Shown piece by piece: positions 11,601-61,369 of a stretch of DNA of 64,000 nt (position 1 is the stretch's first letter; the number at the start of each line of letters is the position of its first letter). The notes under the pieces were generated by a model that saw only the letters and a list, made by a program, of their open reading frames with translations, made no database searches and was not told where the DNA came from. This DNA is from Azolla caroliniana. Its lineage: Eukaryota; Plantae; Polypodiophyta. The stretch is from assembly GCA_043228905.1 (NCBI GenBank), contig JBHGNT010000005.1, forward strand, positions 19,344,001 to 19,408,000, read 5' to 3'. Made by a program: the position numbers and the translations under genes.

Positions 11601-12498
11601 CTATGCATATATCTTCAATTGTAAAGAAGGGAGACATATATGAAAGAGAACCATAACAAAAATGTGTTTGAAAAGTCGTTTAGTAAATACACCTCGTCAC
11701 GTACATGACATTGATGTTATCCTAACCAAAGGTCAACTTTGGAAAAGGAATGAACATCTTGGAGTCGATAAGAAAACTAATCAAATTGCGTAAATCAATA
11801 TCCTATTTCATACCATGATTGAGTTTAATGCAAGATCATTGGCATGCATTAGAATGTTTCCTTTGTTTTTCTTAGCTAAGAACATGGGTGAGGGGAAGAA
11901 GATGGACAAATGAAACATTGGTCTAAATGTCCCTTAAATTATGTTTTGCTTTGCTATGCTTTCCTAACACACAACTTCTTCACCAACATGTAATTGAGGA
12001 AATTAAGAGTCTTTTTGTCATCGGTTGAAACATTTGCATTATGACCTCTAATAATGACATGAATAGGAAACAATTGCAAATCTCGATTTTTGTTTCCCTT
12101 GCGACAGACCCTGTAGGGGGGTACTTGCCATGTGTTTGCTTGAGATCACGTTGGTTTAGGCTTGTTTTGGATGCATTAACGCTACATCAGTAGTTATATT
12201 TCACTTTAGTTGGGCTCAAACAAAGGTTGCCACATGCAAGGTGGCAACATTACAAAAATGCATCTATTCACAATGACTCTCTTTTTCTTTTTCCCTAATA
12301 TACAAGTTATTGGCCAACATGTAATTGAGGAAATTAACTTCACTTGTCATGTGTTGAAATATTTATATTGTCACCATTAGTAGTGTTATGCATAGGAAAC
12401 AAAGCCATGAGGTTCAAAAGAAGTTCGCCACATACAAGGTGGGAATATCACAATCATTCTCTTCCACTTTTGAAAATTTCAATGTCTCTACACAATAG

Positions 12499-12975
12499 TA
12501 GCAATGGGCCCAATTCGGTTTCAATTTCTTTGCCTTGAAACTGAACCGAACTAAATCAAAACATTTATATAAAACAAAAACCAAACCAAACCATTTAAGA
12601 AAAGGTAAACCAAATCATTTAAACCAAAACTGTTTAGGGAAAAGTTGAAACCAAATTGAACCATGTGTAATAAAAAGTTTAAAGTTAACCACATTTAAAA
12701 CAAACTAATTTAAAAATGTAAATAAACAAAAATATAGTAAATTAAATCATATTTAAGTTTAAATAAATAAATAGCATTAATTAAATCATTAAATTACATA
12801 AACATTTAAGGGAATAAAATTTTATCCCAAAAACCAATAAACCTTCAAACCAAACCACTTAAACCTATAAACCGATAAAACCCAGGTTTTAGACCACACC
12901 AAACTAAAATGGAACCATTTATTAATAATTCAAACCAAACCAAACCGTTTAATTATTTTGGAACTAATAAACCAT
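12499..12975 (-). mobile_element. truncated copy of the hAT MITE family seen at 30456-30821
   Basis: Begins TAGCAATGGGC (same TIR) followed by many AAACC/AAACCG subterminal motifs. Matches the reverse complement of the right end of 30456-30821. Second TIR not found. Confidence 0.7.
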
Positions 12976-14087
12976 TCTTGATTATCATATGTGCAATTCT
13001 TGATTGACCCCTAAACATATGTGTATTGTGTATGATTATCATATAGGGACTATCATTGTCCTCATACAATAAGTCCTTGAATTTTAGAATGACCAATGGA
13101 AATTACATCTAAGGTGTGTCGCCAATTTTGGAATAAGTTATTCTAAAATTTCTTACATGCAAACAATTTAAGCAAGAGATTCCCCTTTAATTGTTTATAC
13201 GTAGGAGGCACATCGTACTAGAAGTTGAATATTCAAAGTTAGTGAGATAGATCACCAAGTTGGAGAAGAGAAGGCATGAAATGATAGTGAGCATAGAGGA
13301 TGGTAATTGAAAGGTCAAAGAGTTGGATGGAATAGGTAGAAATCACAACAGCCATATTAAAATATCTTACAAATTGCATGTTGATAGATTGTTCAAGATT
13401 CATAAATTTTGTCATTAATTGATTGGATCTTATGTACTCAAGTTATTTCAATAAATATTCACCATTACCATGCATATAGACAATTTCCAATACTTTTCAT
13501 AAAGAAGTCAAGAAAATAGGTTGGATAAACATGACTTTTGTATGTATATTGATTTTTCTACCATAAATACTTGACATATTTAGCTTGTTGGTTTCGATAA
13601 TTAAGGTCAGTTCCAGACATTTCATCAATGAGCAATGGCCTCTTCCAAAGCTTCTGTTTTTAGGCTTTTGTATGTATACATCTTATCACACATACTTTTA
13701 GTAATACATTATATTACTTTGCAAAACATTCACAGAAAGAAGCTTTATGATGAATCATTGAAATTGAGGAATACAAATACATCTGTCAAATAACTGTCAT
13801 CTTCCTTCGAATGTAGTGAGGAATTTTTTTTCAACTAATGCAAGTTGCACTGGACGACAGCTTATCTGACCAAGATGTCTATCTTGACATTAATGCACCT
13901 TATTTAGTCGGGTGGTCAATATGTAATAGGGATTTGATGTTGGGGCATTTCAAAGAGTCATGAGACATGCATATAATACACTTAAAACAATGATGGTATG
14001 GTTTTAGGCTAGTTATTTGGATGGTCCTAGATATTATCCATTGAAGGTCCAGGAACAAATGGCAAAGGTTATCTTCGGTTATTCCTG

Positions 14088-22847
<8,760 letters not shown>

Positions 22848-23224
22848 TTCAGTTACCTCGGAGGAGGAGGATAAAGAAAAACACGATTTCTGGTAACTTC
22901 TGTTCTTTCTCCTTCGATTGGGGAGAGCGGATCAAAATGTTCGAAGGGGAGGGAATGTGTTAGATATTTGGTGTGAGGCAGGAGGGGGGGAAGGGGAAGG
23001 GGAAGGGGAAGGGGGGGGCAGTCGCCATAGCCATGGCCATGGCCCAACCCTAACCCCCAAGAAATACACAGAGAAAATCAGAACCAGAAACAGAAACAGA
23101 AACAGAATAGTTCTAAGAAATTACGAAAGTAGCCCCCCTCCCCCCCCCCCCAAATTTGGTTGCTGGTTTCACACCTGTCCCTCACATTGTCCCACCCACC
23201 CACACACACTGTCTCTCTTTCTCT

Positions 23225-23328
23225 ATATGTGTGATATGTGTGTATACAGTGTATATACATACATATATGTGTGTGTATATGTATATTTATATGTATATTT
23301 ATATGTATATGTTTAGGTATATGTTTAG

Positions 23329-23367
<39 letters not shown>

Positions 23368-23390
23368 GATGTGTGTGTGTGTGTGTGTGT
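23225..23390. repeat. compound microsatellite (TA/TATATG/TG)
   Basis: Visible (TATATG)n and (TG)n runs upstream of GDH. Confidence 0.95.
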
Positions 23391-23450
23391 CTTCTTTGTG
23401 TCTGTGCCTGTGTCCACCCCCGGTCTTGCTTGTGCATGATGGCTATGCAA

Positions 23451-23619
23451 GGCATACTGCAACCAGACATTTGTAGGTACTTACCTGGGGGCTTCCTTCG
23501 GACAGATTAGAGAAAATGGGCGCACTACAACTAGACATTTGTAGCGTTCCCAAGTATAGGGTTCTCGTGGGCGCACTGCAACTAGACGTTTGTAGCATTC
23601 CCGAGTATAGGGCTCTTGT
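23451..23619. repeat. imperfect 51-bp tandem repeat (2 full units + 1 partial)
   Basis: GGGCGCACT(A/G)CAACTAGAC(A/G)TTTGTAGC.TTCCC.AGTATAGGG at 23518 and 23569. Partial copy at 23451. Confidence 0.85.
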
Positions 23620-25888
23620 CCCTTCGGAGCCCCTCCTATTTTATGAAACCTATTTACAACTTTGTAATTTGCCCCATGTGTGTGCGTGAGTGTTTGCATT
23701 GCATGTCTATTGTTCCATGTACATACAAAACTTATGTCACCGCTTTGCTTTTCGGACCAAATTCTAATATGAATGGAAGGTGTGAAAAACTTTCCCAGTG
23801 AATGAGATTCTAGATAATAATAAAAACTTGGACGTGATCTTTGATCGTGTTGAATCCTCTTCTAAGAAAAATCACATATTATTTGATCTTTTGTTCCACA
23901 CATATCTAGCAAGGAGCACTTATGAATTCTGAATCAACTCATTGTTTTCAACCCACATTTCATTAGTAAAAGGCATACGAAGCTATAGCCTATGACGTTG
24001 TTTGAGATATCAAGAAAAATGATGGTCCATAATTTGTGAAATTCCATCAATAGACATCCAAATTGAAGATAATATAGTATGGACATTTAGATCCAAGGAT
24101 AATTGCTATGAATATGGATAACTCTTGGTACGCTCTTTATCATATTCATTTGGGATCAAGATGCAAGTGGCACAAATTGAATGCAACATATGGATAGAGC
24201 CATAATTGGAAGGATAGCCATGTGATGTAAGCATAAAAAATATTTCTTAGTCAATCCCAAACGAGTTGTTTAATGAGCTATTGGTCCTTTAGATGCTTGA
24301 AAGGTCACATGGTTCCATAAATCGAATAATTCCATCCTAACTTATTGCTTGCACGAACCACATGGTTCCTCACAAAAGGTTTGTTGTGAACCACATGACT
24401 AGTATATTAATGTTTGTTGCATCATTTGAATAAATCTAGGCAAAACGAAGAGCATTAGGTGGATTGAGAGCTTGAGATGGTGTTAGGTAAAAGTGATCAC
24501 ATGACATTAGATGCATCTACATTTTGAAAGACAAGCTCCCCAAAATAAGCTACTACTTCCTAATATATTATATGATCAATACCAGTTTGGAAATATGTAA
24601 GAATCAAGAGCACTATGTAATATAATTAATATATGCCAAAGTTGTTGCAAATTAGTTAGTTGTTAGTTATGTGGAAGATTGTTATCATCTTTTTTTTCAA
24701 GGCAGATGAACAATTCACTGAAGCATCAAATATTTACTATTATTAGGCATATTAATTTGTCATTCCAATGAACCTTCTAACTAATCAAACAAATGCAGGT
24801 TCAAATGATTCAATTCTTTTTGAGGCTGCCTACTTCTAATGTCAAGGAACCGGTGGGCAATGGAACCTTAGAAAATGGAATGCACAAAATGGAGATACCC
24901 ACTCCTGTGATTAATAGATAATATATGTTCTGGAACTTGCCAAACAGCCAACTCCTGTGATTAAATAGATATAGTGGCCGTAAGTTGGCCACTCTCATAG
25001 TTGGACTGGCAAGTCGAGCAGCTCAGATCAGTCCTAAACATAAGCCCTGGTGCAGGTTCAATGATGACTTTCCAATGAATGTCAACTAATTACTTCATCA
25101 GGTGACACAAAAACCATTACTTAGGGTATTATCCCAGTAAAAATAATTGTTTGGGCAAAGACAATTTATTTTTTTATCCTCCACTTTTCTAATTGATACA
25201 CCACCTTTACTAGGTAAGGAAATGATGACTTTTAATTTTAAAAAAAAGATGGAAACCTCATGAGGTACTCATATGGTATGTTTTATGGAAAATTTGCAGT
25301 ACCTGATCTTCGGTGCATATAACAAAATTCACATAATTACACATGATTCATGCTCAAACACATCAAACTCATTGGGACATTTAATGAAAAAAAATCAAAT
25401 AATTTTCCACTGCATGTCTACAATGCTCATAATATTATCCCTCATTTGCTGAAGTCAAAATATCAGTGTGTAAGAGACCCCAGTCTCTTTGAGGCAAACC
25501 TCCAGACACAGGCCCTGCATCTTTCGATATATAATATACAAAATAATCACCTCCCAGAACATTAAAACAGTCGGTATTAAAGAATGATGTACTACTTTCT
25601 CTTTCATCGCATGAGATGCAGAAACTTTGAAGATGTGTCCCCCATGGCCTCAAAAATGGTCCCCTGAATTTCTTTCTTGTGCTCGAAAATGATCACTAAT
25701 GTAACTGCCGCAATTTATTAATAAAAAACAAATATATTTGCACCCATGGATCGAGAAGGGCTATACAAGGAACCTCCATCTTTGGACCAACAATTTGGGT
25801 ATGTACTGATGATTGCATTTGGGGAAATATAGTGAACCAATAGATACAAACAAATATCGAGATTGTTGATTCTATTCTACAAGAGTCA

Positions 25889-53852
<27,964 letters not shown>

Positions 53853-54578
53853 CGCTAGATGAGTGATAACACCCTAAATGCAGATCCTTGATCCTTTATT
53901 TTAAAAGCTTCAAATCAATTACAGATCCTCAAATTGCGAATTGAGTTTATGGTCATCAAGCATCACCATACAAAATTAAGAATTTTTGCAGAGAAATCAG
54001 GTACCTTAATCAAAGAAATCCATGACATTTGTATTTCGATGCCCATTTCTCTGCCATTGATAGATGAGCAATCAAAACCTACACCTGGATCGTCGATGCT
54101 TCATTCAGAAGCTTCCAATCTCAGGTGGGCTCTGGCAACTGAGCTTGAATATAACAAAAGGAAACAAATTATCTGGACAAATCGTATATATCTTGAATAG
54201 AAAATGCTAAGAATAGCAGAAAAAATAAATAAATTACGTAGAGAATAAATGTGAGTTTATCAGAATTATATAAAATCTGCAAAACTCTTACCCCTAACCT
54301 TTGATCCTTCATTCATGAACTTTAAATCCCAATTGAGCTACACTAATAGAGCTTGAGCATCATGATAAGAAACGAATTACACACGGAAATCAGATATACT
54401 TGAATCAAAACACACCTAACAGAAATGCATTAATGTAAGGAGGTGCAACATTTTTCAATAAAATTCCAACAAAAGGGAACAAAGGCAAATCTGTACCAGA
54501 ACCTAAATGCAGACCCATAATCTTTAATTCAAGGATGCTGCTATAGCTATAGATTTTAAACATAGAAAAAACAATATA

Positions 54579-54581
<3 letters not shown>

Positions 54582-54625
<44 letters not shown>
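54582..54625. repeat. (AT)n microsatellite upstream of the BEACH start codon
   Basis: Uninterrupted AT run. Confidence 0.95.
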
Positions 54626-54629
<4 letters not shown>

Positions 54630-54699
54630 ACGGACACAGAAATCAGATATACCTATATCCAAACTGTTGGGGAGCTTGATATACCCAAAACTTAAAAAA

Positions 54700-55025
54700 G
54701 AGCGAGGAAGGAAGAAATGGGTGATGCAAAGACGGATCTGAGGGGGGGGGAGGAAGAGAGAGGGAAGAAGAATAGAAAGACAGAGAGATCTGGCAATGGA
54801 TGGGGAGGAAGCTCGAGGATCTCGTTGTTGTTGTTATTGGGGGAAGAGGCAGGGGGGGGGGGGAGTGAGAAGAAGGAATGGGACTAGAAATGGAAAGTAA
54901 GGTTTTGGGCAGAGTCAGAGACAGAGACAGAGACCACGTTTGTGGGTCATGCCCAAAGCAAAATCACACACGACCTTCCTTCCTTCCTTCCTTAGTCGTA
55001 AAAGGAAGAAAAGGAAAGAAAAGGC
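54700..55025 (-). promoter_or_regulatory. probable promoter / 5' leader region of the BEACH gene
   Basis: Pyrimidine-rich (CT/C tracts) on the sense strand ~0.9-1.2 kb upstream of the ATG, resembling the analogous region upstream of GDH (22850-23150). No TSS data. Confidence 0.4.
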
Positions 55026-55026
55026 C

Positions 55027-55840
55027 TTCTTCTTCTTCTTCTTCTTCTTCTTCTTCCAAAATGAAGCTACTTTCCCATTAGTTAGGAAGGATTATTACAA
55101 AGAGATTGTACAAGGAGGCTTATACACAAATCGGGGAATCTCCCTCCGATCAAGTTCAAGAAAATGAGACTACTTACCTAGCCTTTCAGACTGACTACTT
55201 GATGTAAGTAGATACCTATAGCTAAAAACGGTGCCTTTCAGTGATGGCTAGTACGAGACAACTCCTAGGGTCGACAGCGAAGGGAGTGTGTGGTAAGTGA
55301 GCCGGAAACAGCCAACATGGGGGCTGGTAGTTCCACCTCGAGCCACTTCCTCCTTGTGTCACCATAGGCGTGTTCCGCCATTTCTGCCAAAAGCGCAAAC
55401 GGACAGTAACCACGTCATTGGAATGGCTGCAAACCTCGTCCAATTGCCCTTGTAAGCAGTTGATCAGCGCAAACCATATGTCCATTATCACTTCCTCCAG
55501 GGGTCGCACCAGATCCTGAAAGACCTTTAGGCAACGCGCTTTCCATACATACCACAGGGTGAAGCCTACGATCAGCATCCAAATGTTCGAGAACCTAGGG
55601 GGTACGAACTGCAAGCCTCTCTCAAATTGAATCTTGGCAAATTTGCCTCTCATGCATACGTAGCACCAACTATCTGCATTGAGGGTGTTTGTCCACCTAT
55701 CAACGGAGTGATCAAGCCATGTCACAGCACTCCACGATGTTGTTCCTTCCACTTCACATGTCGCAAGGAGGCGAGTCACTCTATCCCATACCTTTTGAGC
55801 TTGAGGGCAATCCCACAGACAATGCCTCAGAGTCTCAATA
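55027..55840 (-). mobile_element. 3' end of an L1-type LINE (zf-RVT C-terminus, 3' UTR, possible (GAA)n tail), interrupted by the gypsy element
   Basis: Minus-strand frame ETLRHCLWDCPQAQKVW...TLWYVWKARC (55222-55836). (TTC)10 at 55027-55056 lies downstream of the stop. Confidence 0.8.
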
Positions 55841-56295
55841 TATTAGAGATCTAGGTACTAAAGTAAGCTTAAGATAAGGATAAACTAATGATAGATAGAA
55901 AGGAGAAAGAGAAAGAAGGGTGTCGATCCACCCGACCACCCCCGAGCGAAGGGATCGAGATGGACTCGAGCCTCGATCGGCGTCCCATACCACTGCCATG
56001 GCGTCGAGTCGTACCTGGTGTTGGCGCGCTCGCTACAAGAGTTGACCCACCACAAGAGCAGAGTCTCGATGTAGTCAAAAGATGATCAAATGAGGGTAGT
56101 TAGGCCTCTTATTTATAGCGATACCCAAGGCTCCCAGGCAAGTTCACACTTGACCTAATGGGTTGTCTCAATCCCGAGGATTAAAAGTAATCCTCCCCTT
56201 CTTTACACTCTCATTTAACCCTCACACTTATCCACGTGTATAGAATACTACGGTAAATTCTCACCACGGGATATTAAATGGTCATGCCCGTAACA
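55841..56295 (-). repeat. 3' LTR of the chromovirus (455 bp)
   Basis: Starts TGTTACG after the PPT and ends TAATA (TAACA with a C>T change). Homologous to solo LTR 8674-9135. Confidence 0.88.
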
Positions 56296-59200
56296 TACTC
56301 CCCTTCTTTAAAACATTGCACTCTTGCAATGGAAAGTTAGGGAAGTTTGTTCTTAGAGTATTCTCGCGTTCCCATGTGGCATCTTTGATAGATTTGTCCA
56401 TCCATTTAATTTTAAATTCTCGGATTTCTTTTGTACATAACTTTTTTGTTTTAACATCGAGAATTCTTTCTAGTACATGTGGTTTCGAAGATAAATCTTC
56501 AGAAGTAACCAGACTTTCAGTTATAACTGTGTTGTCGCTAGAACCTAGAAGTTCTTTTAGACGACTCACATGGAAGACTGGATGAATTCCTACACCATCG
56601 GGAAGAGCGAGACAATAGGCTGATGACCCAATGCGTTTGAGGACTGTAAAAGGTCCACAAAACCGTGGGGCTAACTTAGCGCACTTACCTATAGACAATG
56701 TCTTAGAATTGTGAGGTACACGTAAAAATACCTTTTGTCCAAGGTTGAATACACGAGGTTGCCTATGATGGTCGGCATAAAAACGGGCTCTATCTTGAGC
56801 AGTTTTTATATTATCTCGTGCAATATGCAACATATCTTGCATATCCCAAAGAAAGTTTTGCGTACTTCACAACTCATCATGATGTATATTAACATCAATC
56901 GGGGCTCGTGGCTGAAAACCATACATCAACATAAAAGGAATATATCCCGTCGACGTATGCTTGGAGCTGTTATAAGCAAACTCCAAAATTGGGAGATAAC
57001 GTTCCCATTTTGTTGGTTTTGCACCAACGTATGCTCGAAGCATGTCCTCAATAATTTGATTTACTCGTTCTGTCTGTCCATCGAATTGAGGATGATCCGT
57101 GGAGGCTCAACGTAGTTTCTAACTTCTTAAAGACTTGTGTCCAGAAGTCACTAGTAAACTTTGGATCTCGATCACTCATGATATCCATCGGTAACCCATA
57201 AAAATGAAATAATCCGTCAACGAATTGGTAAGCCAATTCAGGAGCTGTTACCGTGGTTTTAGCTGCAATAAATCTGGCCATTTTAGTTAATCGATCAACG
57301 ACAACCCAGATGGCATCATGACCTTTTTGGGTGCGAGGAAGGCTAACAATAAAATCCATGGATATACTTTCCCACTTATTATTGGGAATGTCCAAGGGAT
57401 GTAAAAGTCCTGCGGCTTTAAGTCGCTCGGCTTTGTTAACTTGACACTAGTGACATTTAGTCACATAACTATGTGTGTCAGGACACATCTTAAGCCAATA
57501 AATTTGAGTGGAGATGAGAATGAGTGTACGATGTATTCCAGGGTGCCCTGTTGAGGGTGCATCATGGCATTCAAAAAGAATCCTCTTTTTGACCTCGGGT
57601 AAATCTGGAACACAAACCTTCCCATTACGGTAGAGCAAACCGTTAGCAATGTGGAAGTATTCCTTCGAGGATGTGGTGGTGTCTGTTCCAGACTCAACTC
57701 TTGCCCAGTATTTTGCAAAATAACTGTCATCAAGATACTTTCCTTGAAGGTGATCATAAAGATCTGATGTTATTTCAGTGAAGCTGAGCATGTTAACTTC
57801 ACGGATGCGACTTAGTGCATCAACGACAGTGTTCATGGAACCTTTACGATATCGTATGGAAAAATCAAAGTCTTGGATGAGATCAGCCCATTGTGCCTTA
57901 CGACCTTTCAGGTCTTGTTGGTCACAAAAATATTTCAAGGACTCGTGGTCCGTAGTTACCACAAAGCGATTTCCATAAAGATAATGACGCCATGTTTTGA
58001 GCGCATGTATAACTGCAAATAATTCCTTTTCTTGAACGGTATACCGACATTGAGCAGAATCAAGTTTCTTACTCTCGAATGCTATTGGTTTACCATCTTG
58101 ATACAAGACAACACCTATAGCATAATCGCTTGCATCGGTTTCAACCTCAAAAGGTTTTGAAGGATCAGGTAAAAGAAGTGAAGGAGCCTTGCAAACCAGG
58201 TCCTTGAGTTCCTTAAAGGTGAGGTCTAGTGTAGCATTCCACACAATAGGTTTTGTAGACTTATGCGTTTGACCTTTTAAAAGATCAGTAAATGGCATCG
58301 TCAATTGGGAGTAATTACGAAGAGACTTTCGCAAAAACCCGACAAAACCAAGGAATGATCGAACTTCTCGAATATTCCGAAGAGTGGGCCAAAGCTTGAT
58401 TTTCTCAATGCGAGAAGGATCAATTTCAACTCCTCGTTCGGTTATGAGATGTCCTAGATAAGTAATTGATTTCTTGAAGAACTCACATTTTGAGATCTTC
58501 GCATAAAACTGTTTGTCACGCAATGTTTGTAAAACAAAGCGGACATGTCTAGCATGTTCTTATAATGTACGACTATAAACTAAAATATCATCCAAGAAAA
58601 TAACGTCAAATTTTCCAAGTTGTTCTCAGAAAATGTCATTCATTTCTTGTTGAAAAGTAGCCGGAGCATTGGTCAAACCAAAAGGCATAACCAAAAACTC
58701 GTAATGGCCATAACACGTACGAAATGCCGTTTTAGGAACATCGTCCTCACTTATTCGTATTTGATGGTAGCCAGTACGGAGATCAAGTTTCGTAAAATAC
58801 CGAGCTCCCTAGAGACGGTCAATTAGATCGTCAGCCCGGGGCAATGGGTACAAATTCTTGATCGTCACTTTATTCAAGCGTTGGTAATTAATACACATAC
58901 GCCATGTGCCCTCTTTCTTTTTTACCAAGAGAACTAGTGCACCCCATGGAGATTTACTATAACGCATATAACCCATTCGTAAATAGTCCTTGAGTTGCTT
59001 AGATACCTCATCTTCTTCGGATCAACTTAAGCGATACGGAGGTATACTTATTGGTGCAACACCAGGTACAATATCTATACGATGGTCTATATTACGTTTA
59101 GGAGGTAACCCATCAGGTAGTTCACTTGGAAAAACATCATGAAAATCATTTAAGATTTCATCAAGTTGTTGTTGTTCAAAATATGTTAATTGAACCGGGA

Positions 59201-61369
59201 CATTATTGATATTGTAAACGTGAATGTCCGGATCAAGTACACAATAAAATAACGTAGAACAAGACAACTCAGATTTTGATGAACACGAGGAAACAATCGA
59301 GAGGGATTGTTTTTTGATACATTGAATAAAATGCGTACAATCGTTCAGTACAAAAGAAATGGAATGGCGAACCCAATCAATAAATAAAGAGTTTTTATTA
59401 TAAAACTCAGTATTACATCGGTGGTACAAAGATTCATTACATGGAAGTCTACTTCCTCTATATAAGTATCAATAGAAATTCCTAATGAATGAATCGCCCC
59501 GTTGATGTATTGTACTCTTCCATCAGCCAAGTGCACCGTGTAGGTGTGATCACTTACGGTGGGTTGGATTCCCCATATCTGAACCAAACGATCATTCACA
59601 AAATTGTGTGAGCTTCCCGAATCAAATAAAAATTGTACAGGAGATCCATTGATATACCCGTTTGCATGTAGTAAATCATTAGGACCCAATACATAGTGAG
59701 GGAAAGAACATTAACAATTACTTAAATGATGTGTATAGACCTGAAGGACATTAGGAATCTGACCTTTATGGTTTGAAGCTTTAGGTTTGCTGTTGTGCTC
59801 TTTCCGTTGGAGCTTTCGACATTGCTCTTTTGTGTGACCCTTCTTTTTGCAAAATACGCAAAAAGGATGTTGTCGCTTACAATTGCGATCCAGGAATTCG
59901 TTGGGTGTCTTGCGTTTCCCAACAAATTGCAACTGCTTAGTTCGGGGCGCTTCGTTGGGTTTGTTGTGGTCCTTCTTCGAAGTGCGTTGATAGCGAAGAA
60001 CTATTTCAACGGCCTCTTCAAAGGATTTTGGATCCTTATCATGCACTATCCAATGATAGTTCGAATTGGGGATGCCATTGACAAAACAAGCTATCAACCA
60101 ATTGTCCCCTTCTAGACCCGATTTTTGGATTTGGGTTCTAGCATGGTGAACATAGTCTTCTAGTGAGGAAAATTTCCTGCTAGAGAGGTTCATTAAAGCT
60201 TGTGCTGCCTCGGTTTGAGAGGGAGGTTGCAGAAATTGGCCCTTAAAAACCGTGACAAAATTTGTCCAGGTATCGGGCAATTTCCCCATAGTACGAAGCT
60301 CACGCCACCAGACGGCGACCTTACCCCCGAGTTCTCAGCCGACATATGCAATCTTCGTACTATCTGGCGTGGGATAGAGCTCAAAATGAAACTCCCATCG
60401 TCCTAGCCATGTGCAAATTGCTTCTTTGGTTCTTTCCTTTTTGTCTCCCGTAAATGGCTTAACGACAAATGATGGTTCACCTTGTCGCTCATCAGGTCTA
60501 TTAGTCTCACGTTGTAGACTAATGACACGTGCCTCAAGAGCACTCTGAGATTGCCGAAGTTCAGTTATTTGTTGGGCGGTGAAACTAAGGTATTGGCTTA
60601 TTTGTGCCAAATACATCTCAGTGGACATTTGTCAAGGAGGATTCCCTTAAGTTCCTTCCGCTTGAGCGGATGACATCGGGTCGTTAATTTGAGCCATTAA
60701 AGATTATTTCTGGAAAAGAAATAGGATAAGGTCAGAGAGATAGTCATAACATCATGTCGTGATGTAAACATATCATGGGCAAACATTAATCGATATCATG
60801 ATCTCACGTCAATACCCCTCTAGACGTATGAGATGAGGTTCAAAATCAGGTTACTATGGTAACACAAAGGTGTTTTAAAAACCATGGGGGTGACAATTTA
60901 ATGTCTTTCCCTGATCTCTATATCGATTTTTTTCATGGCGGCTCCCCGAGGCTCAACCATGTATGTTCGCGTCATGAGTAGTTTATACACGAAAAAAATG
61001 TTAACAATAAACTATGTTTCTTTGCCCACATATGTGGTTTCGGCTCTTTAACTCCTATTACGAGGACCCCGAGGTGCACTTAGACCTTAAGTCTAAACAT
61101 GTGTTATGGTCATATGTATCAAGGATGTTGTATGGTCTTGGTCATATTTGAACTCGAGACCTCGAGAACAAATACATTAAACACTTGAGCCAACCAAGTA
61201 AGTTGTTCTTCTCGAATGTTTAATGTTTGATGCGTATAAGAGATATGCGAGGCATTTGATCATATATGTTTTTTTTAAAAGAACATATATGTCAAGGGTC
61301 CTTATTTCGCCCTCATTTACCAAAACTATGTTGGTACGTTACCTAACCTCAACTCTCGTAATTACGATG
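55841..61369 (-). mobile_element. Ty3/gypsy chromovirus (Tcn1/Reina-like), degenerate; 5' LTR displaced beyond the window by copia C
   Basis: gag 60628-59711 with CVFCKKKGHTKEQC. Protease LFDSGSSHNF (59345-59689). RT ~59050-58500. RNase H ETDASDYAIG (57447-58523). Integrase SMDFI, SDRDPKF (57048-57395). GPF motif and chromodomain ERILD...FKIKW...DATWE (56282-56842). PPT AGAAGGGGAGTA 56307-56296. 3' LTR 56295-55841. Confidence 0.95.

Noticed and set aside
22918-23510. ORFs with HIHI/YMYM/CICI repeats
   Set aside because: These are translations of the microsatellite with no coding evidence.
23451-23619. CRISPR-like array
   Set aside because: The units are contiguous tandem repeats with no unique spacers, in a eukaryotic context with no cas genes.
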